From Longimicrobiales bacterium (GTDB lineage: Bacteria > Gemmatimonadota > Gemmatimonadetes > Longimicrobiales > Gaopeijiaceae): DNA of 64,000 bases. The translations under genes were made by a program, and so were the position numbers. Below, piece by piece: positions 19,254 through 28,528 of this stretch; within the stretch, counting starts at the first letter, position 1; each line of letters begins with the position of its first letter. The notes under the pieces were generated by a model, which made no database searches, had not been told where the DNA came from, and was given only the letters and a program-made list of their open reading frames with translations. The stretch lies in contig CBDFIQ010000001.1 in the NCBI GenBank assembly GCA_965248195.1, positions 672,001 to 736,000 of the forward strand, given 5' to 3'.

Positions 19254-20312
19254 ATGTCACAAGAGCCCAGAGACCAGAAGCCCAGGATCCGACTGACCCA
19301 GCTTTCCCATGGGGCCGGGTGAGCGTGTAAACTCGGCATGTCCGAGCTGGCGCAGGTTCTGCGTCACCTGGTTCCCATAGTGGACGAGCACGTGCTGGTG
19401 GACGCCTCCACCGGAGACGACGCCGCCGTGTACGCACTCGGCGACGGCAGGGCGCTTGTGGTCACGCTCGACTTCTTCACGCCGCTGGTCGACGACCCGT
19501 ATGACTTCGGACGGATTGCCGCCGCAAACGCACTTTCGGACGTCTACGCGATGGGTGCTGAGCCCCTCTTCGTCCTCAACCTTTTGGCGTTTCCGAGAGC
19601 ACTTCTGGGCGACGGGCTGGTGGAGGAGATCATTCGCGGAGGTTCCGACACCGCCCGCGAAGCCGGCGTGCCCATCATGGGAGGACATTCCCTGGACGAC
19701 CCAGAACCCAAGTATGGGCTGGTAGCAGTCGGTGAGGTGCAGGTTGACGAGCTCGTGACCAACGCCGCAGCCGAAGCAGGCGACCTGTTGGTACTCACCA
19801 AGGCCATCGGTACCGGAGTGGTGGCCACTGCGATCAAGGCCGAGGCGGCCTCGGACGCGGCTACCACGGCAGCAGTGAAGAGCATGACTGCCCTCAATCG
19901 TGAGGCGGCAACCGCGATGAAGCGTGTCGGAGTCCGAGCGGCTACGGACGTGACCGGGTACGGGCTCCTGGGTCATCTCAGCAACCTGCTCCTTCAGTCC
20001 GGCGTGGCCGCGGAGATCGTGGCCGAAAACGTCCCAGTGCTGCCCGAGGTGTCCGAGCTCATCATCGCCGGCCATATCCCCGGCGGAACTCGGCGGAATC
20101 TCGAGGATCTGGAAGATCGCGTCGAATTCGCAGATCAGAACGAAACCATCCGCCTGATCCTTGCTGACGCGCAGACTTCGGGGGGTCTGCTCATCTCGGT
20201 TCCGGAGGAACGCGCCGAGGAGCTCATGGAGCTCCTCGAGGCCGCCGGTCCCGTAGCTGCGATGATCGGACGCGTTACCGACGGAGCGTCGGGAACGATC
20301 AAGGTTCTATAG
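19254..20312 (+). CDS. selD: selenide, water dikinase containing selenocysteine (UGA at 19320-19322)
   Basis: ATG 19254 reads MSQEPRDQKPRIRLTQLSHGAG-[TGA]-ACKLG in frame into the tracked ORF. Matches SelD RLTQxSHGAGC(17)xCK; also DDAAVY, DFFTP, ANALSDVYAMG, GGHS, DVTGYGLLGH, DAQTSGGLL. Confidence 0.93.
19348..19366 (+). promoter_or_regulatory. candidate bacterial SECIS hairpin
   Basis: tggcgcag-gtt-ctgcgtca forms an 8-bp stem with a G-containing loop about 33 nt after the UGA; core GCAGGUUCUGC resembles E. coli fdhF GCAGGUCUGC. Confidence 0.6.
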
Positions 20313-20346
20313 AGGCTTCTCGAGAGGCTCTACGCCTAGAGAGTCT

Positions 20347-22905
20347 CTACGCGGACGCAGGGCTCTGCGAGGGACTCGCCTTCGCACGAGGCTTACGCTT
20401 CACCGCCTTCCTTTTCGTCTTCCCCGCCTTGTCGGCTCTGAGCGCGATCTTGATCACCTGGTCCAAGTCCTCGACCAGGTGAATGGTCAGTGTTTTTCTC
20501 ACCTCCTCCTGGAGATCGTCCAGATCAGCCTCGTTGTCACACGGGATGATGATCTCGTCGATGCCGGCGCGGATGGCTCCCAACAACTTCTCTTTGATGC
20601 CGCCGATCGGAAGAACCCGGCCTGTCAGAGTCAACTCCCCCGTCATCGCGACGTCGCGACGGATCTTTCGCTCCGAGAGGGCCGACACCAATGCGGTGGC
20701 CATCGTAATACCGGCAGAGGGACCGTCCTTGGGGACCGCCCCGGCCGGAACATGGATGTGCACGTCCCGCCCCTTGAGCGCATCCTCCGGGATGCCGAGA
20801 CGAGCGTAGTTGCTCTTGGCGAAGCTCAGTGCCGCCCGCCCCGACTCCTTCATGACGTCACCCAACTGGCCGGTGAGGACCAGAGCGCCCTCCCCGGTCA
20901 TCACGCTGGCTTCGACGAACATGAGATCGCCGCCCATCGGCGTGTAGAACATCCCAGTCGCCACCCCCACGACGTCGGCAGCGGCCATGCGCTCGGGATG
21001 TACCCTCGGCCGTCCGATCAACTCCCGGATGACCGCTCGATCGATCTCCAGACGTTTGACCTCGCCCGAAGCAACCTTCCGCGCGACCTTTCGGGCCAGC
21101 TTACCCAGCTGGCGCTCGATTTGACGAACTCCCGCCTCCCGTGTGTATTCCTGGATCAGGGCCAGAAGCGCAGCGTCACCCAACGACATCTCACCGTCCC
21201 GCAGGCCATTCTCTTTTTCCTGGCGCGGAAGTAGGTATCGTTTCGCGATCTCGAGCTTTTCGGCCTCGGTGTACCCTGAAAAATCAACCTTTTCCATGCG
21301 ATCATACAACGGGGGCGGAATCCGGTCCGCGTAGTTCGCCGTTGCGATGAACAGCACCTCGGAGAGATCGAAGGGCATACCCAGGTAATGATCCGTGAAG
21401 CTCGAATTTTGAGCCGGATCGAGTACTTCGAGCAGCGCAGCACTCGGGTCTCCCTGGAACGACACACCCAGCTTGTCCACCTCGTCCAGCAGGAACACCG
21501 GGTTCTTCGATTTTGCCGTCCGCATCCCTTGGAGGATCCGGCCGGGCATGGCGCCCACGTAGGTACGGCGGTGACCGCGAATGTCCGCCTCGTCACGAGC
21601 GCCGCCTAGCGAGATCCGCACGTATTCTCTACCCAACGAACGGGCGATCGACTGGGCGATGCTGGTCTTTCCGACTCCCGGCGGACCTACGAACAGGAGA
21701 ATTGGACCTCGGCCACCGATGGCCTCTTCCTCCTCCGTGTCGTTTGCCTCGACAGGCTCGTTTGCCTCGACAGGCTCGTTTGCCTCGGCAGGCTCGGCTG
21801 CCTCACCGGTCTCATCGGTCTCACCGGTTTCACCGGTCTCCTCCTCGGCAGCCCCGCCCTCCGAGTCTGGGGACCGATCCACTTGGAGCTTCCGAACCGC
21901 CAAAAACTCCAAAACGCGGTCCTTCACGTCCTCGAGACCATAGTGATCCTCGTCCAAGATTTCCGTCGATAAAGCGAGGTCGATTTTGTCTTCGGACCTG
22001 ACGTTCCACGGGAGCTCCGTCACCCACTCGAGGAACGTTCGGATGACTTGGTACTCGGCCGACTGTGGGCTCGTACGCTCCAGGCGCTTGAGTTCTCGCT
22101 CGACCTCCGCCCGCTGCTCGTCGCCGAGCTTCAACGCCTCGACCCGTTCCCGGAGCTCTTCGACATCATCCCGTTCGTCTTCGTCGCCCAACTCACGCTG
22201 GATCTGCTTGAGCTGCTCGCGAAGCAGCATCTCGCGCTGCCGCTCGCCGAGCTCCTCCTGCACCCTCGCCTGAATTTCCTCTTGGGCATCGAGCCGGGCC
22301 AACTCGCGCTCTACGGCCACGAGGGCTTCCCGCATCCGCTCCTCGTCGTCGAGCATTTCCAGGAGCGCCTGCTTGTCCTCCGTTTCCAGGTCCAAATAGA
22401 ACGCAACGAGATCCGCGAAGGCTCCCGGCTCATCCACACCCTGGATCAGCTGATTGAGCGCCTCGGCCGGAACCCCCCTTCGTGTGCCCAACTCGGCGGC
22501 GCGCTCCCTCAACTCATGGTTGAGCGCCTGAAAAGCCGGATCATCGGCATTCAGGCTCGGCTGGCGTTCCATCTCGAGAAGAACCGCGTGCAGCATCCCC
22601 TCACCCTCGGCCTCGTAGGAGATGGCCTGGGCCCGTCCCTCACCCTGTACCAGGAGTTGAACGCCCCCCCGCACCCGGTGCGTCTGGATGATCCGTACCA
22701 CCGTCCCCACCTTGTACAGCACGTCGGGTGCCGGGTCATCGACGTTCTCCCTCTGGGCGACGGCGAAAAGCCGCCGGTCTCCGTCGAGTGCCTCCTGCAC
22801 GGCCTCTACCGTACCCGGCCGGCCAGCCGAGATCGGCACTGCCACCCCCGGATAAACGACGGTATCCCTCAGTGGCAAAACCGGAAGTGTATAACGTTCA
22901 CCCAT
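20347..22905 (-). CDS. lon: ATP-dependent Lon protease
   Basis: LPLRD, DHYGL, GPPGVGKTS, RGHRRTYVGAMPG, LDEVDK, HIHVPAGAVPKDGPSAG, PIGGIKEK. Confidence 0.97.
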   Translation of the reverse strand: MGERYTLPVLPLRDTVVYPGVAVPISAGRPGTVEAVQEALDGDRRLFAVAQRENVDDPAPDVLYKVGTVVRIIQTHRVRGGVQLLVQGEGRAQAISYEAEGEGMLHAVLLEMERQPSLNADDPAFQALNHELRERAAELGTRRGVPAEALNQLIQGVDEPGAFADLVAFYLDLETEDKQALLEMLDDEERMREALVAVERELARLDAQEEIQARVQEELGERQREMLLREQLKQIQRELGDEDERDDVEELRERVEALKLGDEQRAEVERELKRLERTSPQSAEYQVIRTFLEWVTELPWNVRSEDKIDLALSTEILDEDHYGLEDVKDRVLEFLAVRKLQVDRSPDSEGGAAEEETGETGETDETGEAAEPAEANEPVEANEPVEANDTEEEEAIGGRGPILLFVGPPGVGKTSIAQSIARSLGREYVRISLGGARDEADIRGHRRTYVGAMPGRILQGMRTAKSKNPVFLLDEVDKLGVSFQGDPSAALLEVLDPAQNSSFTDHYLGMPFDLSEVLFIATANYADRIPPPLYDRMEKVDFSGYTEAEKLEIAKRYLLPRQEKENGLRDGEMSLGDAALLALIQEYTREAGVRQIERQLGKLARKVARKVASGEVKRLEIDRAVIRELIGRPRVHPERMAAADVVGVATGMFYTPMGGDLMFVEASVMTGEGALVLTGQLGDVMKESGRAALSFAKSNYARLGIPEDALKGRDVHIHVPAGAVPKDGPSAGITMATALVSALSERKIRRDVAMTGELTLTGRVLPIGGIKEKLLGAIRAGIDEIIIPCDNEADLDDLQEEVRKTLTIHLVEDLDQVIKIALRADKAGKTKRKAVKRKPRAKASPSQSPASA

Positions 22906-22974
22906 GAGTCCTCACTCAGTCCCTCCCGTTTTGATTCAGGATCGAGACATTGTTGATATCGTAACGCCTACCCC

Positions 22975-23001
22975 CTGGCACCCGTTCCCGAGCGGTGCGA
23001 A
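22975..23001. promoter_or_regulatory. degenerate CIRCE-like (HrcA) inverted repeat upstream of lon
   Basis: ctggcaccc-N9-cggtgcgaa against TTAGCACTC-N9-GAGTGCTAA: 6/9 matches per arm, exact spacing. Confidence 0.35.
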
Positions 23002-23175
23002 AACTCGAGGGTAGTTGTGAAATTGACCCTACTTGCAGGAATCCTGCCAGACCTATCATACGAAATTATGCCGTAGTTGCAGTCCGCCTGTCAGAATGTC
23101 GGCCTTTTTTGGCATAAGGTGAACGCTTAGGTTGTGAAAAACTTCCTGATCATACGTTCCCCCCCCGGTCCAGCC

Positions 23176-23796
23176 ATGCTCGAAGGCGTCACCTGGTTCA
23201 GGCAATCCTCCGTCCGGATTCGGCGAGGCGGTGTCGAGATCCATATCGACCCCTGGGGAATACCGGAAGGGAGCACCGCAGATTACATCCTTCTGACGCA
23301 TCCCCACTTCGACAATTTTTCCGAAGACGACATCGCCAAGGTGCGGGGTCAGGATACTACGCTGGTCGCACCCGCTTCCATGAGGAAGCAGCTCGAAGAT
23401 GTCGACCATCTGTTGCGGCCTGGCGACATGGTCCACCTCGACGGTATCGAAATTCTGGCCGTACCGGCCTATAACGAGGGCAAGAAGTTCCATCCTGCGG
23501 AGAACGAATGGTTGGGGTACGTGTTCACGGTGGACGGGACCACGTACTACCATTCTGGCGACACCGACTTCCTCGAGGCGATGAACCAGATAAGGTGTGA
23601 TGTGGCGTTTTTGCCATGCGAGGGTCATTACACGATGGGACCGGAGGACGCCGTCCGCGCCGCCACCGCGTGCCACGCTCGCGTCGTCGTCCCGGTGCAT
23701 TGGGGTGGCCGCGCCGAGACCCGCGCCAACGCGGAGCGTGTAAAGGAATTGTCCGAGGGCGAGGTGGTCATCCTCGAACAGGGCATGCCGGGCTGA
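23176..23796 (+). CDS. MBL-fold metallo-hydrolase (Lactamase_B_3-like)
   Basis: IDPW, LTHPHFDNF, PAYN, FHP, YHSGDT, YTM, PVHWG; start placed at ATG 23176. Confidence 0.85.
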   Translation: MLEGVTWFRQSSVRIRRGGVEIHIDPWGIPEGSTADYILLTHPHFDNFSEDDIAKVRGQDTTLVAPASMRKQLEDVDHLLRPGDMVHLDGIEILAVPAYNEGKKFHPAENEWLGYVFTVDGTTYYHSGDTDFLEAMNQIRCDVAFLPCEGHYTMGPEDAVRAATACHARVVVPVHWGGRAETRANAERVKELSEGEVVILEQGMPG

Positions 23797-23811
23797 TCAG
23801 GCCGTAGGTTC

Positions 23812-25491
23812 CTACATCCGCCGATAGGCTGGTCCACTCCCAACCTCCCGGGACGTCCACCGCGGCCCGAGCACGTCGGTCGCCTTGCAGTCGACGCAGT
23901 TCGGTGCGTTGACGCGCAGTTCGTCACCGTCGCGCTCGTAGACGCCGGCAGGACACATGTGCGTGTACAGCTCGGCAGCTGCGGGGCTCACGTCGTCGGC
24001 CACCACCAAGTGACTGGGCCCGTCGTCGCGCGTCTGGTTCCCGGCCTTGTACACCGCGTCCACCTTGCTGAACGTGAGCTTCCCGTCGGGTCGCACACCC
24101 GGCCCTCCACCCCCGAGCACTCGCTCCTCCTCCGCATCCTCGGCGGTGGTGATCTTCCCGCCCGGGATGGCACCGCCGGACAGAGTCATGAGACCCGCGC
24201 GGACCACCCCTCGGAGAAATCCCCTTTTGAACGCCAGACGGACGTTCCGGGTGCGCCGTAGATCCCTCATGATGTAGCTCGCGTTCACAGACTCGGTATA
24301 GGAGCGTAAGCCGGCCTCCGACACGTCCCCCCTTTTGAGCGCACGGAAGATCGCCCTCGCGGCCAAGATTCCCGAGTGCATCGCGTAGTGGATTCCCTTG
24401 AGTGACGGTACGTCTACGTACCCGGCCGCATCACCCACCACGCACACTCCGTTTCCGTGGCGGCGTTCGGGTACCGAGTAGTATCCCCCCTCGGGAATCG
24501 TCTTCGCCCCCCACTCCACCATCTCGCCACTCTCCAGGTAAGGCCGGAAGAGGGGGTGGAGCTTCATGCGCTGGAGCACGTTGTGGACATCGAGGCGGGC
24601 GTCCCGAGAGTCGAGTCCGACGACGAGGCCGAGCGCGACGAGATTCTCATTGAGCGGATACATGAAGCTTCCGCCGAAGGCATCACCCGGAAGCGGCCAT
24701 CCCATCGTGTGAATCACCCGGTCCAACGGCACCCGGGTTTCCCACAGCTCCTTGACCCCGAGAGCGAAGATCTGGGGATTGGCGGAGTCGATCCCCTGCC
24801 ACTCCAAGAACGCCTGTGTGAGTGGCCCGCGGGTGCCCTCCGAGAGAACGGTTACCCGAGCGGTCAGATCCATGGCCGGCACGTGCTGCGCTCCCGGCCG
24901 GCCTTCGCGGTCGAGGCCGGAGGGTGTGGTGCGGACACCGATGACACGGTCGGCTTCGACCAACAATCCATCGACCGGAAAGCCGGGAAACACATTGACG
25001 CCGAGGCCCTCGGCCTTCTCTCCCAACCACCGCACGATCTCGCAGATCGAGGCCACGTGGTTGCCGTGGTTCCTCATGGTGGGAGGGGTGGGGATCCGGA
25101 GCGCCTTCTTCTCCGTAAGGAAGTAGACTGCCTCCTTTCCGACCTTGCCCTGGAGCGGAAAATCACCGATGTCGAGTTCCGGAAAGAGCTCGTGAAACGC
25201 GATCGGGTTCACCATGGCTCCAGAGAGCGAGTGCTCGCCGACTCGACTCGCCTTCTCGAGGACCCCGATTTCGACTTCGCCCAACCCACCGTCACCCTCG
25301 TTGTCTTTCCATACGAGCCGGGCCAACGCAATGGCCCCCGCAAGACCGGCGGGCCCACCTCCCACGAACACCACGTCCATCGGCACCGCCTCCGGGTCGG
25401 GCGTGTCTCGGAGAATCAGCCGGTCGGTGGGCAGAGGCGACTGAAATTGAGCCGGTCGAACCAGTCCGGCGGATCGCAGTTTCTCGGACAT
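23812..25491 (-). CDS. electron transfer flavoprotein-quinone oxidoreductase
   Basis: GGGPAGLA, HSLSGA, LGVKELW, HTMGWP, GAKTIPEGG, KGIHYAM, C-terminal CPAGVYE...NCVDCKATD; ATG 25491 with GGAG. Confidence 0.92.
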   Translation of the reverse strand: MSEKLRSAGLVRPAQFQSPLPTDRLILRDTPDPEAVPMDVVFVGGGPAGLAGAIALARLVWKDNEGDGGLGEVEIGVLEKASRVGEHSLSGAMVNPIAFHELFPELDIGDFPLQGKVGKEAVYFLTEKKALRIPTPPTMRNHGNHVASICEIVRWLGEKAEGLGVNVFPGFPVDGLLVEADRVIGVRTTPSGLDREGRPGAQHVPAMDLTARVTVLSEGTRGPLTQAFLEWQGIDSANPQIFALGVKELWETRVPLDRVIHTMGWPLPGDAFGGSFMYPLNENLVALGLVVGLDSRDARLDVHNVLQRMKLHPLFRPYLESGEMVEWGAKTIPEGGYYSVPERRHGNGVCVVGDAAGYVDVPSLKGIHYAMHSGILAARAIFRALKRGDVSEAGLRSYTESVNASYIMRDLRRTRNVRLAFKRGFLRGVVRAGLMTLSGGAIPGGKITTAEDAEEERVLGGGGPGVRPDGKLTFSKVDAVYKAGNQTRDDGPSHLVVADDVSPAAAELYTHMCPAGVYERDGDELRVNAPNCVDCKATDVLGPRWTSREVGSGPAYRRM

Positions 25492-25514
25492 CGTCGCTCC
25501 GTAAATCATGACTG

Positions 25515-25615
25515 CCGGCTCTCGACCTCAGGTCTCCCCCGGCCCTCAATCTCAGGTCTCCCCCGGCTCTTGACCTCAGGTCTCCCTCGGCCCTTGACCT
25601 CAGGTCTCCCTCGGC
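25515..25615. repeat. 24-bp tandem repeat x4 in a divergent intergenic region
   Basis: Units (c/t)cggc(t/c)ct(c/t)gacctcaggtctccc at 25515, 25539, 25563 and 25587 (second unit has aatctc for gacctc). Confidence 0.9.
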
Positions 25616-25799
25616 ACCGCACTCGGGATCCGGCGTATACTCCGGGTGTATCGGAGTCACCCGCGGTTGATCCCACCCGGTTCCGCGTTCCGAATGGCTA
25701 GGAAGGTCGCGGATTGGCGCAGCGAATCCAACTTCGACACCATACGGGAGACGCTGAAGCTCCCTTCGATCTCGCCCACTCACGGATGAAACGTTTTCC

Positions 25800-27260
25800 A
25801 TGACCTCTAACCGGCCCCGCACCGTCGGTGAACTCAAGTCCTCCGGATACGAGCCCCGCACCGTGAAGGACGAGCTGCGGCAAAACCTGATCACCAAGCT
25901 CAAGGCCGGGGACGACATCTTCCCCGGTATCATCGGCTTCGATGATACGGTCGTTCCCATGATCGTGAACGGGATTCTCGCACGTCACGACTTCATCTTG
26001 TTGGGCCTACGTGGTCAGGCGAAGAGCCGGATTCTCAGACAGCTCGTGGACCTTCTCGACCCCGAGATCCCGATCCTCGAGGGTAGCGAGATCAATGACG
26101 ATCCTCTCAAACCGATTTCGAAGTATGCGCGGATAGTACTCGAGGAGAAGGGCGACGACGCATCGGTCGCCTGGGTGACCCGGGACAATCGCTTCGTGGA
26201 GAAACTGGCGACGCCTGATGTGACCATGGCCGATATCATCGGGGACGTGGACCCCATCAAGGCTGCACGTGGCGGACACATCCTCGCTGACGAGCTGACG
26301 ATCCACTATGGACTTCTTCCTCGGGCCAACCGCGGCATCTTCGCGATGAACGAGCTGCCCGATCTTGCGGGGAAGATTCAGGTCGGCCTCTTCAACATTC
26401 TCCAAGAAGGTGACGTGCAGGTGAAGGGGTACCCAATCCGCCTGCCCCTGGACGTCTTCCTCGTCTTCACGGCCAATCCCGAGGACTACACGGCGCGCGG
26501 AAAGATCATCACTCCGCTCAAGGACAGGATCGGCGCCGAAATCCCGACGCACTATCCCACCGAACTCTCGATCGGCATAGACATCACTCGGCAGGAAGCC
26601 TGGCTCGACCGGGATGGCGTTCCGACCGAGGTCCCGGACTTTATCTCGGAGGTCGTCGAGCGGATCGCCTTTCTGGGCCGAGACGACAAACGGATCGACC
26701 AGCGCTCGGGCGTCAGCCAGCGTATGCCGATCACCGTACTCGAGAGCGTGGTGTCGTCGGCGGAACGTAGAGCGATCTTGCTCGGGGAGGACCACGCCGT
26801 TCCCCGCGTGGCCGACATCTACGGAGCGCTCCCCGCTATCACCGGGAAGATGGAGCTCGAGTATGAAGGAGAGCTGCACGGGTCTGACCGGATCGCACGG
26901 GAGTTGATCAGTTCGGCCGCGAGCTGTGTGTTTCAGGCGCGCGCGGGCGGCTCAGATGTGGAAGAGATCATCGAATACTTCGAGCAGGGTGGCGCACTCC
27001 AGGTGGGATCCGACAGCTCGGCCGAGGCGTGCATTCAGGGCTTTGAGATCGTTCCCGGGCTTCTAAAGTTGGTTCAGGCGGTCGGCCTCGCTCCGAAATC
27101 GTGTTCCGATGGATTGCGGGCCGGCGCATGTGAGCTCGTTCTGGAAGCGCTGGCCGCAGATCGGAAGATCACTCGCTCGGTCAGCGGCAGTTATGCGAAG
27201 GCGCGTCATGAGTCCCTCCCGGGGAAGGGCTTCGACCCGTTCGGCGGCGTCAGCGCGTAG
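25800..27260 (+). CDS. magnesium-chelatase-like AAA+ ATPase (VWA-partner type)
   Basis: GLRGQAKSR, EKLATPD, ANRGIFAMNELPDL, ANPEDYTARG, PLKDRIG, SGVSQR. Confidence 0.85.
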   Translation: MTSNRPRTVGELKSSGYEPRTVKDELRQNLITKLKAGDDIFPGIIGFDDTVVPMIVNGILARHDFILLGLRGQAKSRILRQLVDLLDPEIPILEGSEINDDPLKPISKYARIVLEEKGDDASVAWVTRDNRFVEKLATPDVTMADIIGDVDPIKAARGGHILADELTIHYGLLPRANRGIFAMNELPDLAGKIQVGLFNILQEGDVQVKGYPIRLPLDVFLVFTANPEDYTARGKIITPLKDRIGAEIPTHYPTELSIGIDITRQEAWLDRDGVPTEVPDFISEVVERIAFLGRDDKRIDQRSGVSQRMPITVLESVVSSAERRAILLGEDHAVPRVADIYGALPAITGKMELEYEGELHGSDRIARELISSAASCVFQARAGGSDVEEIIEYFEQGGALQVGSDSSAEACIQGFEIVPGLLKLVQAVGLAPKSCSDGLRAGACELVLEALAADRKITRSVSGSYAKARHESLPGKGFDPFGGVSA

Positions 27261-28521
27261 GGGTCGGAGCAGCCAGAGCCGGAGCAGCCAGCGCTGGAGC
27301 AGCCAGCGCTGGAGCGGCCAGAGCAATCCTGGTCAGTTCGAGGATCTTCCTCTGTGCTACCGGGAGCGGGAGGTGTTCGACTTGGTCCGTCAAAACCCAC
27401 GCGTGTTCCTCCGGCACGAGCTCCCCCGACGGGGCGAGCCCCTCCGACGGCACGAGCTCCTCCGACTGGGCGGGCCCGTCCGAACGGATCCCTTCCGCCT
27501 CCCATGATCGCGCGCTGGCCACCAACATCGGACGATACACAGCTTTGAGATGGGTGAAGGCATGGTGGACTTCCGGCAGGACCCTGAAGCGGTCGGTCCC
27601 GGAGGCAAACTGGACGCCCAGATCCTCCAAGCGGGCCCGGCATCGTTCGTAGAACGAGTCGCCTACACGCAGTTCACCCCCCATAGGCCTGGGGCCTTCA
27701 GGTGTGCGGTCCCCCGCCCCGATCTCGACCGCCGGAAACTCCCAGAGGCCACCGAGGAGCCCGTGGGGCGGACGACGGACCATGAGCAACTCGCCGTCCG
27801 GGTTCAGCGCCACCAGCACCGCGTAGGAGACGGTGCGCACGCGCGGCCGGCGCATCGAGGCGGGTCTCAGCTCCCGTGTACCCTCGGCCAGGGCCCGGCA
27901 TTCTCCCTTCAAAGGACATATCGTGCACCGGGGCGATCGGGGAGTGCAAACCGTGGCCCCCAGCTCCATGAGCGCCTGGTTCCAATCCCCGGGACGATCG
28001 GGATCGACGAGCTCGCCGGCTCGCTCCCGTAGGGTCGCAGCCGTAGGGTCCTCGAGGTCGAAGAGTCGGGACAACACGCGCCGCACGTTCCCATCCACGG
28101 CGGGCACCACCTCCCCGTAGGCGATGCTCGCGATGGCGCCCGCGCTGTACTCGCCGATGCCCGGAAGCGTCTTGAGACCCTGGGAGTCCTGCGGAAGCAC
28201 CCCGCCGAGCCGCTCCCTAACGATCAGGGCCGAACGATGGAGGTTCCGGGCCCGCGAATAATAGCCGAGCCCCTCCCATGCCTTCAGGACGGTCTCCTCG
28301 TCCACACCGGCAAGTGCCTCGACCGTGGGAAAACGCTCCATCCAGCGGTCGTAGTACGGAATCGCGGTCTCCACACGCGTCTGCTGGAGCATGATTTCGG
28401 AGACCCAGACGCAATATGGATCCTGGTTTTCTCGCCACGGGAGCTCACGGCGGTGGGCGTCGTAGTGCTCCAAGAGGAGCTTTCGGATTCGGCGGGGGTC
28501 GAGGAGGAATCGTGGCCTCAC
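27250..28521 (-). CDS. mutY: A/G-specific adenine glycosylase
   Basis: LPWR, WVSEIMLQQT, WEGLGYYSRARN, LPGIGEYSA, VDGNVRRV, QALMELGATVC...CxxCP...C, GLWEFP, HAFTH; GTG 28521 with AGGAG. Confidence 0.95.
   Translation of the reverse strand: MRPRFLLDPRRIRKLLLEHYDAHRRELPWRENQDPYCVWVSEIMLQQTRVETAIPYYDRWMERFPTVEALAGVDEETVLKAWEGLGYYSRARNLHRSALIVRERLGGVLPQDSQGLKTLPGIGEYSAGAIASIAYGEVVPAVDGNVRRVLSRLFDLEDPTAATLRERAGELVDPDRPGDWNQALMELGATVCTPRSPRCTICPLKGECRALAEGTRELRPASMRRPRVRTVSYAVLVALNPDGELLMVRRPPHGLLGGLWEFPAVEIGAGDRTPEGPRPMGGELRVGDSFYERCRARLEDLGVQFASGTDRFRVLPEVHHAFTHLKAVYRPMLVASARSWEAEGIRSDGPAQSEELVPSEGLAPSGELVPEEHAWVLTDQVEHLPLPVAQRKILELTRIALAAPALAAPALAAPALAAPTPTR
27266..27325. repeat. 15-bp tandem repeat x4 encoding the (ALAAP)n tail of MutY
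   Basis: ggagc(a/g)gccag(a/c)gcN repeated four times. Confidence 0.85.
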
Positions 28522-28528
28522 CCCGCTC

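Noticed and set aside
23014..23150. Rex-type operators (ttgtgaa half-sites)
   Set aside because: Only half-sites are present; the matching TTCACAA arm is missing.
25515..25615. CRISPR array
   Set aside because: The repeats are contiguous with no unique spacers, and there are no cas genes.
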